Shown in pieces: positions 38,375 to 52,195 of a stretch of DNA of 64,000 nt; position 1 is the first letter of the stretch, and every line of letters starts with the position of its first letter. The stretch lies in the NCBI RefSeq assembly GCF_050920415.1, contig NZ_CP169309.1; one strand, 5' to 3'. The notes beneath the pieces were generated by a model. That model was not told the origin of the DNA. It did not search any database and saw nothing but the letters and a program-made list of their open reading frames with translations. Source of the stretch: Escherichia coli. Lineage in GTDB: Bacteria; Pseudomonadota; Gammaproteobacteria; Enterobacterales; Enterobacteriaceae. The position numbers and the translations under genes were made by a program.

Positions 38375-38416
38375 GGATTAATAGCATTGGAGGCTGATGA
38401 CAAACGCAAAACTGCC

Positions 38417-38512
38417 TGATGCGCTACGCTTATCAGGCCTACAAGGTTCCTGTAATATATTGAATTAGCAATATTTTGTAGGCCGAATAAGGCGTTTACG
38501 CTGCATCTGGCA
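38417..38512. repeat. REP/BIME elements downstream of cysM
   Basis: ctgcctgatgcgctacgcttatcaggcctac ... gtaggccgaataaggcgtttacgctgcatctggc inverted pair. Confidence 0.7.
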
Positions 38513-38578
38513 TAAACAAAGTGCACTTTGTCAATAATCTGCTTTGTCGGCAGTTGTTGCTGCCGACAAATGCAGTTT

Positions 38579-39313
38579 TTAATTTTCGTGTGGAAACGTA
38601 GTAAGGTCATCAATCATTTTTTGAAGTATTGGTGAGTCCTGACCATCACCCCATTGAAGAATTTTTGCGGTAAGCTGATGACGGGCTAGTGCATTGAGTC
38701 CCATCTTTTTAAGTTTATGGGAGATTTTACCCATGACTTTAATCTGACCGAATGCAGTTGCGTAGGTAATCATATTGCTCTGGATAGTGCTCATTTCATC
38801 GGCTAGTAATTGCGCACGAATATCCTCTTCAAGAATACTTTCCATAGCGATATATTTCATACCCCAGATAGTTTCAATTAACATTTGAGGGAAATCAGCA
38901 CAATCTAGATCCGGCTCTTTACGCAGGCTATTTTCAAGAACGTTTAGAGCATCAGCACCTTCATCGCTGCCAAAAGGTGATTCTTCATCCCAGCAACACA
39001 CATAAAGTGGATCAGTAAAATGGCACTGGAAGTTTGGGTGTGACGTTTTAACATGTAACCCAATTTCTTCATCATCAAAATAGTAGCGATCCATGTAGTT
39101 AAAGTTTGGATCTTCTTGATAGCCTTTCTTCATTTTTGCGGCAATCAATTTACTGGCTTCTTTCAGACACTGTTCTTCATTATCGAACTCTTTTGTCTGG
39201 AATTTACCAATATTACCTACCTTGCCATAGTTGATAGCTAAACTATCCCCTTCGTAATCTATCCACCAAAATTTATTCGATTTTTCATCGTTATAAATAA
39301 AGCATTTTTTCAT
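38579..39313 (-). CDS. yfeS: WGR-domain protein YfeS
   Basis: 244 aa; N-terminal KFWWIDYEGDSLAINYGKVG (WGR-like); AT-rich gene. Confidence 0.82.
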   Translation of the reverse strand: MKKCFIYNDEKSNKFWWIDYEGDSLAINYGKVGNIGKFQTKEFDNEEQCLKEASKLIAAKMKKGYQEDPNFNYMDRYYFDDEEIGLHVKTSHPNFQCHFTDPLYVCCWDEESPFGSDEGADALNVLENSLRKEPDLDCADFPQMLIETIWGMKYIAMESILEEDIRAQLLADEMSTIQSNMITYATAFGQIKVMGKISHKLKKMGLNALARHQLTAKILQWGDGQDSPILQKMIDDLTTFPHEN

Positions 39314-39345
39314 GTTACCTCCTGTAAATGCCTTGCCAAAGCGGA

Positions 39346-39720
39346 TTAATTCCCTTCCGCAGGCACCGTTTTATCCGTCTGCGCAATTAACGCATGTAAA
39401 AAAGGTTGCGCGTTTTCATCGCTCTTACCGGGCATCTTCACGATATACGGCTTCCCGGTAATCGATGATGACGAAGCAACCTTATCAATAAATTGCTCAG
39501 CAGTATCAATGCGATTACGGGTATTGCCCAGCTTCAGACGCAAATGGGAAACCGCTTCATCGCAGGTATGTTCATCGCCGTTGCGCACAAATATCAAATC
39601 CTTTTTCTGTGCTAATCCCTCCAGCATGGCGTTGATGCGGGCTTCTTCGTGGGCGGTTAACTTCGCGTAAGCGGGGAGTGTCATTAGCAGCGTAATGACC
39701 AGACAAATGATTTTCTTCAT
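39346..39720 (-). CDS. yfeK: Secreted protein YfeK
   Basis: 124 aa; signal peptide [19 protein letters not shown]. Confidence 0.82.
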   Translation of the reverse strand: MKKIICLVITLLMTLPAYAKLTAHEEARINAMLEGLAQKKDLIFVRNGDEHTCDEAVSHLRLKLGNTRNRIDTAEQFIDKVASSSSITGKPYIVKMPGKSDENAQPFLHALIAQTDKTVPAEGN

Positions 39721-39745
39721 TGAATTACCTTATCCTTGTTTTGTG

Positions 39746-39811
<66 letters not shown>

Positions 39812-39824
39812 GAGAAAAAATTAA

Positions 39825-40676
39825 ATGAGTAGTTTGTTGTTGTTTAACGATAAGAGCAGGGCATTGCAGGCGGATATCGTCGCCGTGCAGTCGCAGGTAG
39901 TGTACGGCAGCGTAGGCAACAGCATTGCCGTGCCTGCTATCAAACAGAACGGCCTGAATGTCTTTGCCGTGCCGACGGTATTGCTGAGCAATACGCCGCA
40001 TTATGACACTTTCTACGGTGGTGCGATTCCGGACGAATGGTTTAGCGGTTATTTGCGTGCGCTTCAGGAGCGTGATGCGCTGCGCCAGCTGCGCGCTGTC
40101 ACCACGGGCTATATGGGAACGGCATCGCAAATCAAAATCCTTGCCGAGTGGCTGACTGCGCTACGCAAAGACCATCCTGACTTATTGATTATGGTCGATC
40201 CGGTGATTGGCGATATTGATAGCGGAATTTATGTCAAACCTGACCTTCCTGAGGCATACCGACAATATTTACTGCCTCTGGCGCAGGGTATTACGCCCAA
40301 TATCTTTGAGCTGGAAATCCTGACAGGTAAAAATTGCCGCGATCTCGACAGCGCCATTGCTGCCGCAAAAAGTCTGCTTTCAGACACATTAAAGTGGGTG
40401 GTGATTACCAGTGCCTCCGGTAATGAAGAAAATCAGGAGATGCAGGTGGTGGTGGTCAGTGCCGACAGCGTGAATGTCATTTCCCATTCACGGGTTAAAA
40501 CTGACCTGAAAGGGACTGGCGACCTGTTTTGTGCTCAGCTTATCAGTGGCTTGTTGAAAGGTAAGGAATTAACTGACGCGGTACATAGCGCGGGATTACG
40601 CGTGCTGGAGGTGATGCGCTATACCCAGCAGTATGGTAGCGATGAATTGATTTTGCCGCCGCTGACTGAAGCATAA
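39825..40676 (+). CDS. pdxK: Pyridoxal/pyridoxine/pyridoxamine kinase
   Basis: 283 aa ribokinase-fold protein; [32 protein letters not shown]... Confidence 0.9.
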   Translation: MSSLLLFNDKSRALQADIVAVQSQVVYGSVGNSIAVPAIKQNGLNVFAVPTVLLSNTPHYDTFYGGAIPDEWFSGYLRALQERDALRQLRAVTTGYMGTASQIKILAEWLTALRKDHPDLLIMVDPVIGDIDSGIYVKPDLPEAYRQYLLPLAQGITPNIFELEILTGKNCRDLDSAIAAAKSLLSDTLKWVVITSASGNEENQEMQVVVVSADSVNVISHSRVKTDLKGTGDLFCAQLISGLLKGKELTDAVHSAGLRVLEVMRYTQQYGSDELILPPLTEA

Positions 40677-40705
40677 AAAAATGGCGCCGATGGGCGCCAT
40701 TTTTC
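40675..40705. terminator. Bidirectional rho-independent terminator shared by convergent pdxK and crr
   Basis: aaaaaaa-atggcgcc-gatg-ggcgccat-ttttt: 8-bp perfect stem flanked by an A-run and a T-run. Confidence 0.85.
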
Positions 40706-40718
40706 ACTGCGGCAAGAA

Positions 40719-41228
40719 TTACTTCTTGATGCGGATAACCGGGGTTTCACCCACAGTCACGCTACCGGACAGTTTGATCAGTTCTTTGATTTCGTCCATG
40801 TTGGAGATAACAACCGGAGTCAGGGTAGACTTGGCTTTCTCTTCCAGCAGCGGCAGATCGAATTCAATCACGGTATCACCAACTTTCACGCGCTGACCTT
40901 CTTCAGCAATACGCTTGAAGCCTTCGCCTTTCAGTTCAACGGTGTCGATACCGAAGTGGACGAACAGTTCAACGCCGCTATCAGATTCGATAGAGAACGC
41001 GTGGTTGGTCTCAAAGATTTTACCAATGGTGCCGTCTACAGGCGCGACCATTTTGTTTCCAGTTGGTTTGATAGCAATGCCATCACCAACGATTTTTTCC
41101 GCAAAAACGACATCCGGCACGTCTTCGATATTGACGATCTCGCCAGAGAGCGGAGCAATGATCTCAATAGTTCCGGTATCCTTCTTGTCGTCGGAAACCA
41201 GAGATTTCAGTTTATCGAACAAACCCAT
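40719..41228 (-). CDS. crr: PTS glucose-specific EIIA component (EIIA-Glc)
   Basis: 169 aa, [39 protein letters not shown]... Confidence 0.96.
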
Positions 41229-41268
41229 GATCTTCTCCTAAGCAGTAAATTGGGCCGCATCTCGTGGA

Positions 41269-42996
41269 TTAGCAGATTGTTTTTTCTTCAATGAACTTGT
41301 TAACCAGCGTCATTAACTCGTCCGTTGTCGGTTGAGCAAGAGCCTGCTCTGCTAACACCTTCGCATCTTCGAAGTTCGTGTTACGGATAATCTTCTTAAT
41401 GCGCGGGATAGAAATGGCGCTCATAGAGAATTCGTCCAGACCCATCCCCAGCAACAGAAGTGTAGCACGTTCATCGCCAGCAAGCTCACCACACATGCCA
41501 GTCCATTTGCCTTCAGCATGAGAAGCATCAATAACTTGCTTGATCAAGTTCAGCACGGACGGTGACATTGGCTGGTAAAGGTGTGAAATCATATCATTAC
41601 CACGGTCAACTGCCAGAGTGTACTGCGTTAAATCATTGGTGCCGATACTAAAGAAATCAACTTCTTTGGCTAAATGACGTGCAATTGTTGCGGCCGCTGG
41701 TGTTTCCACCATTACGCCGATTTCAATTGACTCGTCAAACGCTTTACCTTCGTCGCGCAGTTCCTGTTTGTAGATTTCGATCTCTTTGCGCAGTGCACGC
41801 ACTTCTTCAACAGAGATGATCATCGGGAACATGATGCGCAATTTACCGAAAGCAGAGGCACGCAGGATAGCGCGGAGCTGATCGCGAAGGATCTCTTTAC
41901 GATCCATCGCGATACGGATAGCGCGCCAGCCGAGGAACGGGTTCTCTTCTTTCGGGAAGTTCATGTATGGCAGCTCTTTGTCGCCGCCGATGTCCATGGT
42001 ACGAACGATAACCGCTTGTGAGCCACACGCTTCAGCTACTGCTTTGTAAGCAGCAAACTGTTCTTCTTCAGTGGGCAGCGCGTCGCGGTCCATGAACAGG
42101 AACTCAGTACGATAAAGACCAACGCCTTCAGCGCCGTTACGCTCAGCACCTTCAACGTCACGAACCGTACCGATGTTAGCGCACACTTCTACCTGGTGAC
42201 CGTCCAGCGTAATAGCTGGCAGATCTTTCAGTTTAGCAAGCTCTGCTTTTTCAGAAGCCACTTGCTCCTGAACAGCGCGCATTTTATCAATAACTTCGTT
42301 GGTTGGATTGACGTAAACCTGATTATTTACGGCATCCAGAATCAGATAGTCGTCATTTTTCACCTGAGAGGTGACGCTACCGGTACCCACGATAGCAGGC
42401 AGTTCCAGAGAACGCGCCATGATAGAGGTGTGGGAAGTACGGCCACCCGCGTCGGTGATGAAACCCAGCACCTTCTTCAGGTTCAGCTGTGCGGTTTCGG
42501 ACGGCGTCAGATCAGCGGCAACCAGAATGACTTCATCCTGAATGGCGCTCAGGTCGATAATCTTCAGGCCCAGGATGTTGCGCAGCAGGCGCTTACCGAT
42601 ATCACGTACGTCAGCCGCACGTTCTTTCAGGTATTCATCATCCAGTTCTTCCAGGGCAGAAGCCTGACCTTCGATAACTTCATGAGCAGCTGCGTCAGCT
42701 GTCATGTGCTTATCTTTAATCAGGGCTATGATTTCCTGCTCCAGCTCCTCATCTTCGAGCAGCATAATATGCCCTTCAAAGATGGCTTCTTTTTCTTCAC
42801 CGAACGTTTCACCAGCTTTCGTTTTGATCGTTTCCAGCTGGGCTGATGCCTTGGCACGACCGCTCAGAAAACGTTCAACTTCCTGATCAACCTGGTCGGC
42901 AGAAATTTTTTTCCGGTCAATGACAATTTCGTCTTCTTTCAGAAGCAGAGCTTTACCGAAAGCGATACCCGGGGATGCTAAAATGCCTGAAATCAT
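41269..42996 (-). CDS. ptsI: PTS Enzyme I (phosphoenolpyruvate-protein phosphotransferase)
   Basis: 575 aa, [43 protein letters not shown]... Confidence 0.96.
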   Translation of the reverse strand: MISGILASPGIAFGKALLLKEDEIVIDRKKISADQVDQEVERFLSGRAKASAQLETIKTKAGETFGEEKEAIFEGHIMLLEDEELEQEIIALIKDKHMTADAAAHEVIEGQASALEELDDEYLKERAADVRDIGKRLLRNILGLKIIDLSAIQDEVILVAADLTPSETAQLNLKKVLGFITDAGGRTSHTSIMARSLELPAIVGTGSVTSQVKNDDYLILDAVNNQVYVNPTNEVIDKMRAVQEQVASEKAELAKLKDLPAITLDGHQVEVCANIGTVRDVEGAERNGAEGVGLYRTEFLFMDRDALPTEEEQFAAYKAVAEACGSQAVIVRTMDIGGDKELPYMNFPKEENPFLGWRAIRIAMDRKEILRDQLRAILRASAFGKLRIMFPMIISVEEVRALRKEIEIYKQELRDEGKAFDESIEIGVMVETPAAATIARHLAKEVDFFSIGTNDLTQYTLAVDRGNDMISHLYQPMSPSVLNLIKQVIDASHAEGKWTGMCGELAGDERATLLLLGMGLDEFSMSAISIPRIKKIIRNTNFEDAKVLAEQALAQPTTDELMTLVNKFIEEKTIC

Positions 42997-43040
42997 AACC
43001 CTACCTTACTTGTGACTGATTTTTAAAAGAACCCGGGAAA

Positions 43041-43298
43041 TTACTCGAGTTCCGCCATCAGTTTAACCAGATGTTCAACCGCTTTCTGTTCGTCTTCGCC
43101 TTCTGCGGAGATAGTCACAACGGTACCTTGAGTCAGGCCCAGAGTCTGCAGTTTAAACAGGCTTTTCGCGCTGGCGCTTTTGCCGTTGGAAGTCACAGTA
43201 ATTTCAGAAGTGAAGCCCTTAGCTTCTTTTACAAACTGGGCAGCAGGGCGGGTGTGCAGACCGTTCGGAGCGGTAATGGTAACTTCTTGCTGGAACAT
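43041..43298 (-). CDS. ptsH: PTS phosphocarrier protein HPr
   Basis: 85 aa, [23 protein letters not shown]... with active-site His15. Confidence 0.96.
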
Positions 43299-43630
43299 TG
43301 TATTTCCCCAACTTATAGGTTTAGTGTTGTGGAACTAAAGTCTAGCCTGGCGGTTCGACTTTAGCCTGTATTGTTAGCGCCAGTTTTTAACAGACGCGAC
43401 GCACGAAGAGCGCAATACAGTCCTTTGCTGGCGGGTGTTGACCGCTGACGTTTCGTACGTCATTAAACATTATGCCGCTAAAGGAAGAATTGAACCAAAT
43501 CATAAAATCGATTCAGCTATGGCTTTTCCTGTAACGATTAATTTCGCGCATCAAAATAATTAGTCTGGTTAAATACCAGTTCCGACAGGCTGAATCAATG
43601 CCAGGAGGGGCGAAAGTTTGAAGCAGGCCA
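43299..43630 (-). promoter_or_regulatory. ptsHI-crr upstream control region
   Basis: About 330-bp non-coding leader upstream of ptsH; promoters and CRP sites are expected from established knowledge, individual sites not mapped here. Confidence 0.45.
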
Positions 43631-43660
43631 CAAAAAAGCACCTGAAAAGGTGCTTTTTTA
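43631..43660 (-). terminator. Rho-independent terminator downstream of cysK
   Basis: aaaaaa-gcacc-tgaaaa-ggtgc-tttttt, symmetric hairpin flanked by A- and T-runs, 22 bp past the cysK stop. Confidence 0.8.
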
Positions 43661-43681
43661 CGCATTTTTAACAAGCTGGCA

Positions 43682-44653
43682 TTACTGTTGCAATTCTTTC
43701 TCAGTGAAGAGATCGGCAAACAATGCGGTGCTTAAATAACGCTCACCCGATGACGGTAGAATAACCACAATATTCTTGTTGGTAAAGCTTTCATCTTCTT
43801 GTAGTTTCAATGCTGCAGCAACAGCCGCTCCAGAAGAGATACCTGCAAGAATACCTTCCTCTTCCATCAGACGACGCGCGGTAGAAATAGCTTCTTCATT
43901 GGTGATGCCAATGACTTTATCGACCAGCTTGAGATCAAGGTTAGCCGGGATAAAACCAGCGCCAATCCCCTGAATTTTATGCGGGCCAGGTTTAATCTCT
44001 TCACCTGCCAGCGCCTGGGCGATAACCGGAGAATCGGTTGGCTCCACGGCGACAGAGATGAGATCGGTCTTGCCTTTGGTGCCTTTAATGTAGCGGCTGA
44101 CGCCGGTCAGCGTACCGCCAGTCCCAACACCAGCAATAAATACATCAACCTGACCGTCGGTATCTTCCCAGATCTCCGGACCGGTGGTTTTTTCGTGAAT
44201 TTCAGGGTTTGCCGGATTGCTGAATTGTTGCAGCAGTAGGTATTTCTCTGGATTGCTGGCGACAATTTCTTCTGCTTTTTGGATTGCGCCTTTCATGCCT
44301 TTAGCACCTTCGGTCAGCACCAGGTTTGCACCTAACGCTTTCAGCAGCTTGCGGCGTTCAATACTCATGGTTTCTGGCATGGTCAGGGTGAGTTTGTAAC
44401 CGCGAGCGGCAGCCACATAGGCCAGTGCAATCCCGGTATTACCGCTGGTTGGTTCAACCAGTTCAACGCCTGGTTTCAGCACGCCGCGCTTTTCGGCATC
44501 CCAAATCATATTGGCACCGATACGGCACTTAACGCTGAAGCTGGGGTTACGAGATTCCACCTTCGCCAGAATGCGTCCGTTACCGATGCGATTCAGGCGA
44601 ACCAGCGGTGTGTGACCGATAGTCAGCGAGTTATCTTCAAAAATCTTACTCAT
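43682..44653 (-). CDS. cysK: Cysteine synthase A (O-acetylserine sulfhydrylase A)
   Basis: 323 aa; PLP-lysine region [11 protein letters not shown]. Confidence 0.95.
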   Translation of the reverse strand: MSKIFEDNSLTIGHTPLVRLNRIGNGRILAKVESRNPSFSVKCRIGANMIWDAEKRGVLKPGVELVEPTSGNTGIALAYVAAARGYKLTLTMPETMSIERRKLLKALGANLVLTEGAKGMKGAIQKAEEIVASNPEKYLLLQQFSNPANPEIHEKTTGPEIWEDTDGQVDVFIAGVGTGGTLTGVSRYIKGTKGKTDLISVAVEPTDSPVIAQALAGEEIKPGPHKIQGIGAGFIPANLDLKLVDKVIGITNEEAISTARRLMEEEGILAGISSGAAVAAALKLQEDESFTNKNIVVILPSSGERYLSTALFADLFTEKELQQ

Positions 44654-44837
44654 GGCCTGTCCTTAACTGTATGAAATTGGGATACAACAGGTAGCATACC
44701 CGCTCAGAGAATATGCGGAAGTAAGGATTTAGCATATCTATATGCAGAAGGGAAATAATGACATGCAAGATGGAATAAGGGGTGGCATAAGCCACCCCTG
44801 TTTCACACAAACGGTTTACAAAATAACCGGTAGATTG

Positions 44838-45599
44838 TTACCGCCACATCGCGTGTTTATCGCGATAGCAATCGACCCACATCGCCGTCGCGCCACAAAC
44901 GGCAACGGGCATGATGAACAGGTTAAGCAGCGGGATCATCGTAAACAGGCTGGTTAAAGCACCAAACTGCATATTGGTGATTTTGCGTGTGCGCAGGGCG
45001 GTACGCATCTCTTTAAACGGCACTTTGTGGTTATCGAAGGGGTAATCGCAATACTGGATGGCTAACATCCAGGCGCTAAACAGGAACCACAGTACCGGTG
45101 CGACGGTTTGCCCAATGCCAGGGATGAAGTAAAGAATTAGCAATACAATTGCGCGCGGCAGATACCAGGCAAATTTTTGCCATTCGCGTTTCATGATTCG
45201 CGGCACATCTTTCATGATACCGAAAATTCCAGTATCTGGCGGTGTAGCGCCAGTCAGTCTTGCTTCCAGTTGTTCAGCCAATAAACCGTTGAACGGAGCA
45301 GCAATCCAGTTAGCAATCGTTGAGAAGAAATAGCCAAACACTAACAGCACAGAGATGACAGCCAGGGGCCACAACAGATAGCTCAGCCATTGTAACCAGT
45401 CCGGAACATAACTCATGAGAGTCGGGATCCAGACATCGAGTTGCGTAAAGAGCCACCAGAATGCGCCCCCCATCAACAAAATATTGACCAACAGCGGTAA
45501 AATAACAAAACGCCGAATCCCTGGTTGCGAGACGAGCTTCCAGCCTTGCGCAAAATAGTAAAAACCGCTGCGTGGGGCAGATGTGAATGATGAAACCAT
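44838..45599 (-). CDS. cysZ: Sulfate transporter CysZ
   Basis: 253 aa polytopic membrane protein. Confidence 0.9.
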
Positions 45600-45828
45600 A
45601 ATCAGGATGAGCTCCTTTTGACCAATCCCAGGAAAATTCTGCGTATTTTACCGGGTAATTGCGCAATGGACAGTTAGGATATGTTCGAAAAAACAGCAAA
45701 AAGCACGATTTCATCTATCTTTGTGCTGTGAAAGTTAATAGTGCACTTGCACTTGAGGTAATCGGCAAATACTCTTAGTGAGTAAATGTTTGCCGTGGTG
45801 GCAAGGTGTTAGAACAACAGAGAATATA

Positions 45829-46827
45829 ATGATGCAGGATTTGCGTCTGATATTAATCATTGTTGGCGCGATCGCCATAATCGCTTTACTGGTACATGGT
45901 TTCTGGACCAGCCGTAAAGAACGATCTTCTATGTTCCGCGATCGGCCATTAAAACGAATGAAGTCAAAACGTGACGACGATTCTTATGACGAGGATGTCG
46001 AAGATGATGAGGGCGTTGGTGAGGTTCGTGTTCACCGCGTGAATCATGCCCCGGCTAACGCCCAGGAGCATGAGGCTGCTCGTCCGTCGCCGCAACACCA
46101 GTACCAACCGCCTTATGCGTCTGCGCAGCCGCGTCAACCGGTCCAGCAGCCGCCTGAAGCGCAGGTACCGCCGCAACATGCTCCGCGTCCAACGCAGCCG
46201 GTGCAGCAACCCGTGCAGCAGCCTGCCTATCAGCCTCAGCCTGAACAGCCGTTGCAGCAGCCAGTTTCGCCACAGGTCGCGTCAGCGCCGCAGCCAGTGC
46301 ATTCAGCACCGCAACCGGCACAACAGGCTTTCCAGCCTGCAGAACCTGTAGCGGCACCACAGCCTGAGCCTGTAGCGGAACCGGCTCCAGTTATGGATAA
46401 ACCGAAGCGCAAAGAAGCGGTGATTATTATGAACGTCGCGGCGCATCACGGTAGCGAGTTAAACGGTGAACTGCTTCTTAACAGCATTCAACAAGCGGGC
46501 TTCATTTTTGGCGATATGAATATTTACCATCGTCATCTTAGCCCGGATGGCAGCGGCCCGGCGTTATTCAGCCTGGCGAATATGGTGAAACCGGGAACCT
46601 TCGATCCTGAAATGAAGGATTTCACTACTCCGGGTGTCACTATCTTTATGCAGGTACCGTCTTACGGTGACGAGCTGCAGAACTTTAAGCTGATGCTGCA
46701 ATCTGCGCAGCATATTGCCGATGAAGTGGGCGGTGTAGTGCTTGACGATCAGCGCCGTATGATGACTCCGCAGAAATTGCGCGAGTACCAGGACATCATC
46801 CGCGAAGTCAAAGACGCCAACGCCTGA
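45829..46827 (+). CDS. zipA: Cell division protein ZipA
   Basis: ORF trimmed to ATG 45829 ([26 protein letters not shown]...), 332 aa; N-terminal TM anchor, charged region, P/Q-rich linker and C-terminal FtsZ-binding domain. Confidence 0.9.
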
Positions 46828-46856
46828 TACACTTAAGGCAAATTAACTCCTCTTCG

Positions 46857-46880
46857 AACCCCCGCTTGTCGGGGGTTTTT
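46857..46880 (+). terminator. Rho-independent terminator between zipA and ligA
   Basis: cccccg-cttgt-cggggg followed by ttttt, 30 bp past the zipA stop. Confidence 0.65.
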
Positions 46881-46888
46881 AGCATTGA

Positions 46889-48913
<2,025 letters not shown>

Positions 48914-48914
48914 G

Positions 48915-49133
48915 ATGGAAAAAGAGCAGCTGATTGAAATAGCCAATACGATAATGCCGTTTGGCAAATACAAAGGGCGTCGATTAATCGACCTGCCGGA
49001 GGAGTATCTTCTGTGGTTTGCCCGCAAAGATGAGTTCCCGGCAGGGAAGCTCGGTGAGCTAATGCAAATCACGCTGCTGATTAAAACCGAGGGGCTGACG
49101 CAACTGGTCCAGCCCCTGAAACGCCCACTTTAA
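48915..49133 (+). CDS. ypeB: Small protein YpeB
   Basis: ORF trimmed to ATG 48915, directly after the ligA stop; 72 aa, MEKEQLIEIANTIMPFGKYKGRRLIDLPEEY... Confidence 0.8.
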   Translation: MEKEQLIEIANTIMPFGKYKGRRLIDLPEEYLLWFARKDEFPAGKLGELMQITLLIKTEGLTQLVQPLKRPL

Positions 49134-50128
49134 GCTTTATCGGCGCTGCTTTCCTGCTGCGCCTGTAACTGTTCGGTCTGGCGTTTGTATCGACGCGCCA
49201 GCACCGCACAGACCATCAATTGGATCTGATGGAAAATCATCAGAGGCAGCACCATCATACCGATCACCGATGTGGGGAACAGAATGTTTGCCATCGGGAT
49301 GCCATTTGCCAGACTCTTTTTCGAACCACAAAAGACGATAGTAATTTCATCTGCCTTATTGAAGCCTAGTCGGCGTGCCATAAAGACGTTAACTACAATC
49401 ACGATAGCCAGAAGAACGCAACTGACCACCACGATAAACAGCAATGATCCCCAGCCAACTTTGTGCCAGATACCGTTAACGACGGCTTCGCTGAATGCCG
49501 TATAAACCACCAACAGAATGGACGTCTGGTCAGTTTTCGCAATCCATTTTTTATTACGCGACACCCAGTCACCAATCCACGGCCGCGAAAGATGCCCCAA
49601 CACAAATGGCAGCAGCAGTTGCAGCATTATCTTACCTACCTGCTCAAGGCTGCCCCCTGCACCGTGAACATTCATCACCAGGCCAACCAGCAACGGTGAA
49701 AGGAAAATCCCCAGTAGGCTGGATGCTGACGCAGAACAAACCGCCGCCGCGACGTTACCGCCCGCCATTGACGTGAAGGCGATTGCAGACTGCACGGTCG
49801 CGGGGAGAATGCACAAGTAGAGAAAACCGGAGTAGAGCATCGGGTCGACATTTACCGGTTTCCACCACGCAAACAGCACGCCCAGAATCGGAAACAGCAC
49901 GAAGGTGCTGCACATTACCCATAAATGCAGTCGCCAATGACCACCGCCTGCAATAATGGCCTCTCGCGATAACTTCGCGCCGTGCATAAAGAACAGCAGA
50001 GCAATGGCTGCGGTAGTCAGATTTTCAAAGAAGGGAACGAAATCGCCCCTGGCCGGAAAGAAAGAGGCCAGCAACACCACCGTGATCAGGGTTAAGGTGA
50101 AAGGATCGAGGATACGAAAAAGTTTCAT
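49130..50128 (-). CDS. yfeH: Putative Na+-dependent transporter of the bile acid:sodium symporter family, YfeH
   Basis: 332 aa polytopic membrane protein. Confidence 0.85.
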   Translation of the reverse strand: MKLFRILDPFTLTLITVVLLASFFPARGDFVPFFENLTTAAIALLFFMHGAKLSREAIIAGGGHWRLHLWVMCSTFVLFPILGVLFAWWKPVNVDPMLYSGFLYLCILPATVQSAIAFTSMAGGNVAAAVCSASASSLLGIFLSPLLVGLVMNVHGAGGSLEQVGKIMLQLLLPFVLGHLSRPWIGDWVSRNKKWIAKTDQTSILLVVYTAFSEAVVNGIWHKVGWGSLLFIVVVSCVLLAIVIVVNVFMARRLGFNKADEITIVFCGSKKSLANGIPMANILFPTSVIGMMVLPLMIFHQIQLMVCAVLARRYKRQTEQLQAQQESSADKA

Positions 50129-50217
50129 AAAGACTCCAGATGATCGATGGTTCTATTGTGCTTCTTCCAGTTTGAGAAATAAAATTGATTTATTGCATCC
50201 ATTCATGAAGAAAACAG

Positions 50218-51144
50218 ATGAATTATTCTTTAAAGCAATTAAAGGTTTTCGTCACAGTAGCGCAGGAGAAAAGTTTTAGTCGTGCAGGAGAGCGTATCGG
50301 CCTGAGCCAGTCGGCAGTGAGTCACAGTGTGAAGGAGCTGGAAAATCATACTGGTGTTCGCCTGCTGGACAGAACCACGCGTGAAGTGGTGCTTACAGAT
50401 GCAGGGCAGCAGTTGGCTTTGCGTCTTGAGCGACTGCTGGATGAACTTAACAGCACGTTGCGCGATACCGGGCGTATGGGGCAACAACTGAGCGGAAAAG
50501 TTCGGGTCGCTGCCAGCCAGACCATTTCCGCGCATCTTATTCCGCAATGCATTGCTGAAAGCCATCGCCGCTATCCAGATATTCAGTTTATCCTCCACGA
50601 TCGTCCGCAGCAGTGGGTGATGGAAAGTATTCGCCAGGGAGATGTCGATTTTGGCATCGTCATCGATCCAGGCCCAGTGGGCGATCTGCAATGTGAAGCG
50701 ATTCTTTCCGAGCCTTTCTTTCTGCTTTGCCATCGCGATAGCGCTTTGGCCGTGGAAGATTATGTACCCTGGCAGGCATTACAGGGAGCGAAATTGGTGT
50801 TGCAGGATTACGCGTCAGGCAGCCGACCGCTGATTGACGCAGCGCTGGCGCGCAATGGTATTCAGGCGAATATTGTGCAGGAGATTGGTCATCCGGCGAC
50901 GCTGTTCCCGATGGTAGCCGCAGGCATCGGCATCAGTATTCTTCCCGCACTGGCGCTACCATTGCCTGAAGGTAGCCCGCTGGTGGTAAAGCGCATTACG
51001 CCGGTGGTTGAACGCCAGTTGATGCTGGTGCGCAGGAAGAACCGTTCACTTTCCACCGCCGCTGAAGCGTTATGGGACGTAGTACGAGACCAGGGCAATG
51101 CGCTAATGGCTGGGCGGGAAGGGGATCCGTTGTATCAGATATAG
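50218..51144 (+). CDS. yfeR: LysR-family transcriptional regulator YfeR
   Basis: 308 aa; N-terminal LysR HTH ([23 protein letters not shown]). Confidence 0.88.
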   Translation: MNYSLKQLKVFVTVAQEKSFSRAGERIGLSQSAVSHSVKELENHTGVRLLDRTTREVVLTDAGQQLALRLERLLDELNSTLRDTGRMGQQLSGKVRVAASQTISAHLIPQCIAESHRRYPDIQFILHDRPQQWVMESIRQGDVDFGIVIDPGPVGDLQCEAILSEPFFLLCHRDSALAVEDYVPWQALQGAKLVLQDYASGSRPLIDAALARNGIQANIVQEIGHPATLFPMVAAGIGISILPALALPLPEGSPLVVKRITPVVERQLMLVRRKNRSLSTAAEALWDVVRDQGNALMAGREGDPLYQI

Positions 51145-51154
51145 AGTGAATTCA

Positions 51155-51177
51155 TACTGCCGGGAGCTCCGGCAGTA
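51155..51177. other. Perfect 9-bp stem hairpin between convergent yfeR and yfeN (possible terminator lacking a T-run)
   Basis: tactgccgg-gagct-ccggcagta. Confidence 0.4.
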
Positions 51178-51182
51178 ATCAA

Positions 51183-51947
51183 TCAGAAATTAAATTTGAT
51201 GGAGTAGATTATCGCATCCTGGTAAAAATCTTCGCCCAGTTTGTCATCCGCATAACGATACTGAATCCCTGTGGTGATGTGTGAAGTTGCATTCCACCAA
51301 AGTGCGACGGCACCATTCAGACCTTCTTTGCCGCCATTACCTGCCGCGTAGGTGGCATCACGATCAAACTCGTACTCGTTCCAGTTGGTGAGGGTGAATT
51401 TCTCACTGCCCAGCATAAAGCTGTAACCTGCAACCCAACCGGCGACATAACCGTTATCGCCGGTATAATAGGTTTGGTCTGTATAGCGTTTTGCAAAGAA
51501 CGGTTTGAACCACCAACCGCTGCCGGTGAAATTGTAGCCGATCCCGTAAAGGAACATATCGTCATGGAAATTCACACGATTCGCAGAACCGTAGGTGCCA
51601 TACGCATGCAAGTAGAGATTAAATCCGGTGTCACCCAGGTAAATACGGTTGGTATTTTTAAATGTATAACGCTGCTCGCTACCCTGTTTATCATGACGAT
51701 CATTATAAAAGTTTTCCCAGTCGAAGAACCCGTACATTTCTCCCCAACTAAAGTTAGCGCCGCCTTCCAGTTCCAGATATCCAAAATCATCTTTGTGTGA
51801 TTTGGTCGACGATTTCTCAGTGGTTCTGCTAGTCCAGTCAAGATAATGAATACCTATATCAGCAAAACCGCCTTTAAATTCTGCATGGGATACTGCTGGT
51901 ATCGCCAATACAGAAGAGAGTGTCAGAGTAAAAAGATGTTTTTTCAT
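51183..51947 (-). CDS. yfeN: Putative outer-membrane beta-barrel protein YfeN
   Basis: 254 aa; signal peptide; aromatic-rich alternating pattern and C-terminal F typical of OM beta-barrels. Confidence 0.85.
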   Translation of the reverse strand: MKKHLFTLTLSSVLAIPAVSHAEFKGGFADIGIHYLDWTSRTTEKSSTKSHKDDFGYLELEGGANFSWGEMYGFFDWENFYNDRHDKQGSEQRYTFKNTNRIYLGDTGFNLYLHAYGTYGSANRVNFHDDMFLYGIGYNFTGSGWWFKPFFAKRYTDQTYYTGDNGYVAGWVAGYSFMLGSEKFTLTNWNEYEFDRDATYAAGNGGKEGLNGAVALWWNATSHITTGIQYRYADDKLGEDFYQDAIIYSIKFNF

Positions 51948-52195
51948 AGCATAATTCCCTATGCCGATCGTTATTAGTTGATTGCTTAATAAAAAGGTTG
52001 ATTAAAAGCGGCATATTGTTAATGCAAGGGAAAGGAGAGTACCAATACAGTTTTTTCAGCCTATTAATAGTGAAAAAATATAAATATATCGATATCGAAT
52101 AACTATCGGATACATGAAAAAAGTGTATTGGTATGAGGTAGGGCAATCTCGTTATAAAAAGGCGTTAGATTCCACCCTACAAAAAAAGGATATAT

